Shown here: positions 56,010 to 64,000 of the stretch, piece by piece | How positions within the stretch are numbered: the first letter of the stretch is position 1 | Layout: each line of letters begins with the position of its first letter | Assembly: GCF_009914755.1 (NCBI RefSeq) | Contig: NC_060928.1 | Reading direction: 5' to 3' (one strand) | Source: the human T2T-CHM13v2.0 reference genome, Homo sapiens | Length of the DNA: 64,000 bases | Notes under the pieces: generated by a model | Database searches by the model: none | What the model was told of the DNA's origin: nothing | What the model saw: only the letters and a program-made list of their open reading frames with translations | Position numbers and translations under genes: made by a program

Positions 56010-57358
56010 CTTGAGCCCCTCTAGCCACTGTCTCTTCTTGACTCCTTAGTCAAGCTTTTAGAGTCATGCTGTCAAAGTCTCCATTTCCTCTCCTCCTCCC
56101 TGGCTCCCCCACTTCTCTACATTGCACCTGCTACCTGCCTTGTTACCCACCTAACCTGTGCTCCCGGGCTCTGCCACTGTCCTCCTCATCAATTTTCTAA
56201 TCTTTTCTGTCTTCCTGATGTGGCCACTCTTCTTTTCTGCTTAGGCTCTGTGACATGGCTCTGTTTCTGCTCTTCTGTTCTAGGTGCTCCTTTTAGCCTC
56301 TTGTAGCCCTTCTCTTCCTTCTTGGTCCTTGAAATGTTGTTGTCTTCACAGTTCTTGGTTCTTGGTTCTCTATATTTTCCTTCTACCCCAACTCATGATA
56401 TCAGCTGCTACCTGTGAAGGTAAACACATCTGAATCTTAAGTCCAGATGTTGTTTTGGAGTGTAAATGCCATAAATTTGTCTATGAAATGTTTCTTCTTC
56501 ATGGGCGTCCCATGCATTCCTCAAAGTCAACATATCCCCAGCTGAACTCACCTTCTTCCTCCTCTACTCCCATTTTCAAAGTGCCCCAGCTGTGTGGCAA
56601 ATGACACCCAAGCCAAACCAAAAAAGCTATCCAGAACACCCACCTCTCCTCCACCACCAGCTACCCCGTCAGCCACCGAGTTCTGTGGACCCTGCCTCTT
56701 CAGTACCTTTCCTATCAGCACCCTTCTCTGCAGATCCTCTGCCTCTGACTGCTTTTAAGCACTCATTGGTTCTTGCCTGGATTACTGCAAAACCCTTTGT
56801 CATAGGTGTCCTGAGTTGGGCCAACCTCCATTCCCCCATCAAAGAGATCTTAAAGAAAACAAAACAAAATGTAAATCAGAGCTTTTCTGCTTCTTATTTA
56901 AATTGTTTAATGGTTCCTTATGCCTTCCAGCTATGGGTTCTAAATCGGAGGTCTGAGTTTGTAGAAAAAGCTCTTGCTGAGGCCAGTGCTTCACCTGTGA
57001 CTCTTGCCCATCACTACACCAGTCATGTGCCTCGGTGCTAACCTCCTACTCAGATGCTATTTTACACGTCTGGCTCTGTGCACATATTCACCCATGTTCT
57101 TAGAATGCTTTCCCCTAGCTAACCCCCATATATCTTTCAAAATTCAGATCAGTATTTCTGTAGGAAGATCTTTTGCACTGCCCTCGGGTCAATACCTGTC
57201 CCTGCCCCAAATAACTCCATTAGTTGGCTCTCCAGTGTTCTCCAAGATGAACTGTAATCTCCTTGAGGGCAGAGATTCCTAACTATTTCTTCAGTGCCTG
57301 GCAACTGGTAGAGAGCTAGCATTTATTGAATGAATGAAGAATGAATAAATGAATGAAC
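56010..57358 (+). mobile_element. L2 with (TGAA)n 3' end
   Basis: CTCCTTGAGGGCAGAGA..CAGTGCCTGGCA..TTGAATGAATGAA. Confidence 0.7.
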
Positions 57359-58359
57359 ATGGCTCAATGCAGATTAATGAGTCTCTGAAAAATCCAGTTA
57401 TGTGACCTAGAAGACTGATGAGCCTTCACACTTCATAATGGGTGATTAGCAGTAGCTTAGATAGCAGTATAGCTGAATGCCAATGCTGCTGGCTTACGTA
57501 AACCTTTTTTTTATCTTTAGTGATTTTATGTTTACTATATAAACCTTTTCCTAAATAAGCAGAAGCAGAAACCCTCTCTAATGTTCCAGTAAATTTAATC
57601 TTCATAGATAAATACTTTTTAGTAATTAGCTGTTTCCTCTGCTATTATTAAGTGAATATGTAATAATCCTACAGGAATTACCGACTATGAAAACTGACTT
57701 TACATAAAGTATTGTCCAACCAGTACTAATTACATAAGTTAATCTAAAAATCTCAGATCAGTAGGATGTAGTCTGGGCACATTAAGAAATGTTTTTGTAT
57801 CCATTGTTTGGGACATTTGGCTGCCTCGTAATTTTATATACCCTTTTCATTTTTCTCAAGCTCCAGGGATACAGCCTGATTTCATTTTTGGAAGTTGACA
57901 CTTTATTTTTTACCTCCTGAGTTTCTTTTTGTCCTGTTGGCCAGGAGATGGAACATTTTTTTTCCTCAATAGACTCCTTCCTTGACAGCCCAATAAATAA
58001 GTAGAGAAATCTTGCTCTTTTAAAACTTTACAGTCTTTTTTAAATGGTTTTCTAAGTTTTCTTTTTTTTTTTGTCTGGGAAATCATCTGAGATTTGGTGC
58101 CCTTAAATCTGTTTTTTAGCCTTCCTTTTGGATAGGGATCTCCGTTTCCCTCTGAGGTTTCAGAAATAAAAGTAAATTTCCTCATTGAGCCTTCCCCCAA
58201 ATTTCTTCCCAAGACAGGCTGTGAAAAATCACCTCCTTCACCTTTATATATATAAGAAAATCTCTTTCACTTCATGACTTGGAAGTTTAGCCCTCAAATA
58301 TGGTTCAGTTCTGTCTCTTATTTAATTTTTAAGGAAATGTATTTTCTGGGTAGAATCAA

Positions 58360-58570
58360 ATTGTTTCTCAACCAAGGGAGCTACTGCCTAATTCCTGAGA
58401 ATACTGTAGAACTGTTGAGGTGTTTTAGTTGTCCAGGAACTAATGGTTGCCTTCAGCATTTAAGAAGTGGACACCAGGATGATAAAGCTCCCGCAATGCA
58501 GGGCATTGTCTTACACCAAAGAATGGTCCAGCCCAAAATACCAATGGGACCCTTGTTGAAAAACAGTGGA
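58360..58570 (+). mobile_element. MER20-family relic
   Basis: GTTTCTCAACC..CCAGGATG..GCAATGCAGGG..CCAGCCCAAAAT..GTTGAAAAACAGTG. Confidence 0.55.
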
Positions 58571-59206
58571 GACATAGCTGGTTCTGCTTTTAGGTGAGCT
58601 GATTCTTCATCTACTGCCTTTGCATTAATATCTGGATCTAATTCCACTCAAAGTTGTAAAACATTGGTGTGTGTTTTATGAGTTGGAAATATTCTCTTCA
58701 AAATTTGTGTCGTTTTACCATTCTATTTATGTTATATTTTGATTAACATTCTTAACATTAATTTAGTTGACTTTGTCAATTACTTTTTCTTAACAGTTTC
58801 ATGTAAGAAAGTCTTTTGTATCCTAATGTAGCAATATTCTCTTCTACTTTCTGCTAAAAGGTTTAGAAATTAGCCTTTTGGATTTAAGTCTTAAATACAA
58901 TGAGAATTGATTTTTGTGAATGGTCTGAGTAAGAAATCCAAATTTCATTTTTTTCTTATAGAGATAACCAATTATTCAAGCATACTTTATTTTTTCCCCA
59001 GTTGTTTACACTATCATCTCTGTCAAATATGAAGTTTCCACACTTCATATTTGATACGCTTCTGGGATCTGTTTTTCCTTCCACTGGTCGGTTTTTCTGT
59101 CTGTGTGCTAGTGCCACACTGTCTTTATTTTATAGCTTTATACATCTGGTTACCTGGTAAGGCAAGTACCCCTTATGTTATTCTTCTTTATAAATATCTA
59201 ATCTAA

Positions 59207-59497
59207 TTTTTTTTTTCTTGAGATGGAGTCTTGCCCCATCGCCCAGTCTGGAGTGCAGTGGCATGATCTAGACTCACTGCAACCTCTGCCTCCTGGGTTC
59301 AAGTGATTCTCATGCCTCAGCCTCCTGAGTAGCTGGGATTACCTGTGTGCACCACCAAACCTGGCTAATTTTTGTATTTTTCGTAGAGATGGGGTTTCAA
59401 CATGTTGGCCAGGATGGTCTCAAACTCCTGACCTCAAGTAATCCACCTGCCTCAGCCTCCCAAAGTGCTGGGATTTCAGGCGTGACCATGCCCAGCC
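59207..59497 (-). mobile_element. AluS
   Basis: Reverse dimer; flanking AAAT(A/G)TCTAATCTA. Confidence 0.92.
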
Positions 59498-59659
59498 TAG
59501 AAATGTCTAATCTATTGTTGGCCCTTTGGCTTTCCATATAATATTAGACTGAGCTTGTAAAATTCATAGAAAAATTTGTTTCAGATTTCATTAGTATTGT
59601 TTGAAAATAATGTATTTACAATATTGAGGCTTCTTGTTCATGAACATGGTAAATGTCTC

Positions 59660-60219
59660 CATATTTGATACCTCTTGTACACCATTTCAAATTGCCTCAG
59701 CCCTCCCTCTCATTCTAGCCATAGTTGTAGTGACCAATCCCAGGCCGACTTCAACCAGCTTCACACACTTGCAGACTGCCTGCCTGCCTTATCTCAAAAT
59801 CATGTTATATCTTTTGCTTCTTTGGCTGGATCTTCTCTATTTCAGATGTCTGTGGAAAAACACTTAGAACATATAAGGGCACATCCTGGAGGATAGGATA
59901 ATCAATACCCTGCTTAGCAACCCTTGATCATTAGAGAATGGGAATTAATAGATACATGCAACTGCTTTTATTCACAATGAAGGGAGGGGTCTGAGACACT
60001 CTTCATAAAGTTTCTCACATGAATCCATGGTAAAAAGCATCCAGTTGCCTGTAGCAATGGCCAACTCAGTAATGTGTCCTTGCGTTGGCTCTCTCTTCCC
60101 TGTTTAACTTCTCTCAGCCCTCATTCCCTCCCATAAGATCAGACTCTCAATAAATGACCTTTACAAAAGGCTTTTCTCAGATTTCACCTTTGAGAGATGG
60201 AGAGACCCAGGCTAAGTCA
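59660..60219 (+). mobile_element. LTR16-family (ERVL) solo LTR inside L1M
   Basis: CCAGTTGCCTGTAGCAATGGCCAACTC..AATAAA..ACCCAGGCTAAGTCA terminus. Confidence 0.6.
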
Positions 60220-60441
60220 GACTTCTTTTAATTATATTTTCTTTATTGGCTTTAAATATAGAGAAATAATTTTCTGTATATATCACTGAGATATATCTTC
60301 TGTCAGACTCATTTTATTGCTATTTCATACAGTTATTTTTTCAAAGTGTTTTCCATTAATTGCTGGTGTAGAGAAATGCATTTAATTACACATCCTGATC
60401 TTATAGCCGGCCTCTTGGCTAAACTCTTGTCATTTCTTAAA

Positions 60442-60780
60442 TTTTTTTTTTTTTTTTGAGACAGCTTCTTGCTGTGTCACCCAGGCTAAAATGCAGTGGT
60501 GTGATCTTGGCTCACTGCAGCCTCAGTCTCCTGGACTCAAGTGATCTTCCTGCCTCAGCCACCCGAAGAGCTGAGACTACAGGTGCATGCCACCACGTCT
60601 GGTTAATTTTTGTATTTTTTGTAGAGACAGGGTTTTACTAAGATAGTAATTTTGTATGTTTTGTTGAGACAGGGTTTTACTGTGTTTCCCAGGCTAGTGT
60701 CAAACTCCTGGGCTCAAGTGACTTGCCTGCCTTGGCCTCCCTAAGTGCTGGGATTACAGGCATGAGCCACAGCACCCAGA
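60442..60780 (-). mobile_element. AluJ with internal duplication
   Basis: Reverse dimer; flanking AAACTCT..TCATTTCT; GAGACAGGGTTTTACT occurs twice. Confidence 0.9.
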
Positions 60781-63194
60781 GAAACTCTCTCATTTCTAAT
60801 TAAATTTATCTGCAGATCTTCTTGGGAATTTTATCTAAACAGCCACATTTTCTGTAAATAATATTTTTCTTTATGCCATTATAATCATTATGTCTTTTAT
60901 TTGTCTTATTTATCTGGCTACAATATTGAATAGGAGTGGTAAAAACTGATATCCATATCTTATTCCTGATTCTTGAAGGCTCCTAGCACTTTAGATATTA
61001 AAGAATGTTTTCTTTAGGACTTTGATAAATATTCTGTTTTAGATTGATAGGTTCCCTTCTGTTTGCATCTTGAAATTTTTTAAAACTGTGATTTAATATT
61101 AATTTATATCTAATACTTTTTCTGTTTCTATTAATATGATCTTAATTTGTTTAATGTGCTAATGATATTTATATATTTTATTCATTTAAATGGCTCTTGT
61201 ATTTCTGGAATTAATCCAGCCTGGTCGTGGTATATTATTGTATTTACATAATCACTGGGGGTAATTTGCTGTTATTTTGCATAGGATAATTGCATTTATA
61301 TTCATGAAAGAAACTGGCTTGTAGTTTTCTTTCTCTTTTTCTTACTGTTCTTGTGTCATTTTGGTAGCAATGCAATATTGGCTTCATAAAATAAGTTGGT
61401 TAGTAGTTTATAGTTGAAATATACTATATGAAAGGGGAAAGATCTTGAAAATTTGGTAGACTTTGATTGCAAAAGTATTTGGGGTCAATGTTTTCTTTGT
61501 TGGAAGACTTTTTAAAACAACTGATTTAATTTCTTTAATTGTTAGAAAAGTTTGGGGGCATCGTACATTTCCTCAAATACATTTTGTTAAAAAAAATTCT
61601 CTAGAAATTTATTCATTTTCATCAAAGTTATCCAATTTATTGGTACAAATATTTCTTTATTCTCTTGGAACTTTTGTTATGTCCCCATTTTCATTCTTAA
61701 TTATTTTTGTGCTTTTTCATTTTTTCTTTATACTTGTGTTAGAACGTTCTTTGTTAGTTTTTGTAAGGACCAACTTTTGGCTTTGTTGATACATTCTGTT
61801 TCTTTTTAAAATACTTTTATTGAGTTATTCTTGTCTAATTCTGACCTCTTCCTTATATTTTCTTTGGGTTTCTTATCTTTTTTCCCTTAATTTTACAATT
61901 TGGGCATGTAGCTCATTAATCTTTAGCTGTTACACTTTTGTAATGTAATTTGAAGCTATAATTATTTTTCAACATACCATTTCTGCCATGTTCCACAAGG
62001 TTTAACATATATTTTTCCATCATTTTTCAATTCCAAGTATTTTTAAATCTCTATTCTGATTTTATCTTTGACATCTTAGTTATTCAGTAGTGTGTTTTAC
62101 ATTTGCCAACATAGCCTACTTTTCTTTGTATTTTGTTAGTTACATCTAATCAATTTGCAGTGACAGAATAAGCTCATAATATAAGCCAATTTTTTGAAAA
62201 TTTTTGAGACATTATTTATAGTCAGTTATACAGTTAATTTTTTTTCCCATGGGAGATCAGAGTTTTATTATTATTCAAATCAGTCTTATACAATTATTTT
62301 TTACATGTGTTCATGTGTATTTGAGAAGAACACTTATTTTCTAACTTTGGCTTGCAGGGTTGGTTAATTGTGTTGTACAGTCTTTTATATGTTAATTATT
62401 TTTTGCTTGACCCATTAATAATGGAAATAAGTATATTGAAATGCCCCTCCTTATAGTATTGTCAATTTCATTCTGTAATTCTATTAAATTTTACTTTATG
62501 TCTTTTGAGACTATATTATTAGATGCATACATATTTATAATTATGATCCTAAGTGAATTAAAACTTTTTATGATTATATGTAATCATATAGTGACATTCT
62601 CTATCCCTAATAATGCTTTTTATCATAATGTCTGTTTTTCCTAATAACTACTTAAGCCTGTGTTAGTTTAGAATTTAAATGATATATCATTTTCTTCTCA
62701 TATTTACAGATTTTTCAGGGCATTAAGTTTTTGGTATTTTTTTCCATGCAACCAAGCAATCTCTGACTTTTAACTGCCATGTTAAATTTATTTATGTTAA
62801 ATTTATTTATATTCATTATTTTTATGGACATATTTTGACATTGCTAATTTTCTTTAAGTTTTAAAAATTTCCTGCTTTTAAATTATTTCTTGCTTGTTAA
62901 ATCATCATTAACTGAGTTTTGTTTGAAAATTAAGCACTTCATTTCATTATTTTAGTAATTACTTCTGAAATATCATGCTTAATAAATTCATCCTTTTTAA
63001 AGACAGTACTAGAATCTTAGAAATATGTAACTCATATTATCCCATTGCAACTTAGTGCCATTTTGTCAAAATTTTAAGTTTATCTTTTTTAAAAGCTCAT
63101 AAATGTGTAACATTATTTTATAGAGACAATATTTATTTATATTTATTCATATGCCAATTTTTTGCTTCCAAGTACTTTTTTAAAATCTCAGATC

Positions 63195-63488
63195 AGCTGG
63201 GCGTGGTGGCTCACGCCTGTAATCCCAGCACTTTGGGAGGCTGAGGGGGGCGGATCATCTGAAGTCAGGAGTTCAAGACCAGCCTGGCCAATGTGATGAA
63301 ACCCCATCTCTACTAAAATACAAAAATTAGCCAGACATGGTGGCGGGCACCTGTAATCTCAGCTACTCAGGAGGCAGAGGCAGGAGAATTGCTTGAACCC
63401 AGGAGGCGGAGGTTACAGTGAGCTGAGATCGTGCCACTGCACTCCAGCCTGGGTGATAGAGCAAGACTCCATTAAAAAAAAAAAAAAA
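63195..63488 (+). mobile_element. AluS
   Basis: Full dimer with poly(A); TSD AAAATCTCAGATCA. Confidence 0.94.
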
Positions 63489-63529
63489 TCTCAGATCATC
63501 CTTTTGGTGTCATTTTTCTTTTTCTTGTT

Positions 63530-64000
63530 AAAAATAATGTTTATTGTGTATATCTGAGGTTTACAACATTGTTTTAAAATTTAAAATCTTTTAAAATGGG
63601 ATATATGTAGATAGTAAAACGATTACCACAGTGAAGCAAATGACCATATCTATTATCTTACATAGTTACTTTTTATGGTTTACAAGGGTAGCTAAAGTCT
63701 ACTTATTTAACAAAAATCCCTAACAGCATACAATTCTATTAACTAGTCCTCACGTTGAACATTAGATCTCTAGACTCGTTTATCCTATATATCTGCTACT
63801 TTGTATCCTTTGATCTACATCTCCTCATTTCCTCCTGTATCCTTCACTCCTGGTAATGGTGGTATCATTCGCTATCTCTATATATTTGACCTTTTCCTTT
63901 TGTTTTTAGGTTCCACATATAACTGACATCATGCAGTTTGTATTTTGGTGCCTGGCTTATTTCACGTAGTGTAGTGTCCTCTAGGTGCCTCCGTGTCACG
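63530..64000 (-). mobile_element. L1MA-type 3' UTR (runs off the window)
   Basis: TTATTGTGTATAT..ACATTAGATCTCTAGAC..TTCCACATATAA..CTGGCTTATTTCAC. Confidence 0.8.

Larger units (their letters stand above)
58650..63190 (-). mobile_element. Long old L1M remnant interrupted by two Alus and an LTR
   Basis: Continuous T-rich antisense L1M text (GAATTGATTTTTGTGAATGG, GGCTTCATAAAATAAGTTGG, AAGGACCAACTTTTGGCTTTGTTGAT). Confidence 0.75.

Overview
Primate genomic DNA, probably human or another great ape: it contains AluY and an L1PA2-type 3' end. It is AT-rich and looks intronic or intergenic. I recognise no host protein-coding exon, RNA gene or CRISPR array. Much of the window is interspersed repeats: about 14 Alu elements or monomers, old L1M fragments, three young L1PA insertions, L2/MIR, MaLR and ERV LTRs, a deleted ERVL provirus (RNase H, integrase and dUTPase relics) and several DNA transposon relics. 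All family names come from recalled consensus sequences and need RepeatMasker/Dfam confirmation. The long ORFs in the track are artefacts of a stop-free minisatellite, a C/T-rich tract and an L1 ORF2 remnant. Three features stand out. (1) A 32-unit, CpG-rich 21-22 bp minisatellite has grown inside a MER21 LTR, with an ordered variant code and a C(GAAA)G mini-hairpin core in almost every unit. (2) A 31-bp quasi-palindromic unique sequence is copied 1070 bp downstream into a polypyrimidine tract. (3) A CpG-retaining GC-box/ETS region at about 33.7-34.25 kb lies beside two well-formed + strand exon candidates. I cannot claim a new biological system from sequence alone.
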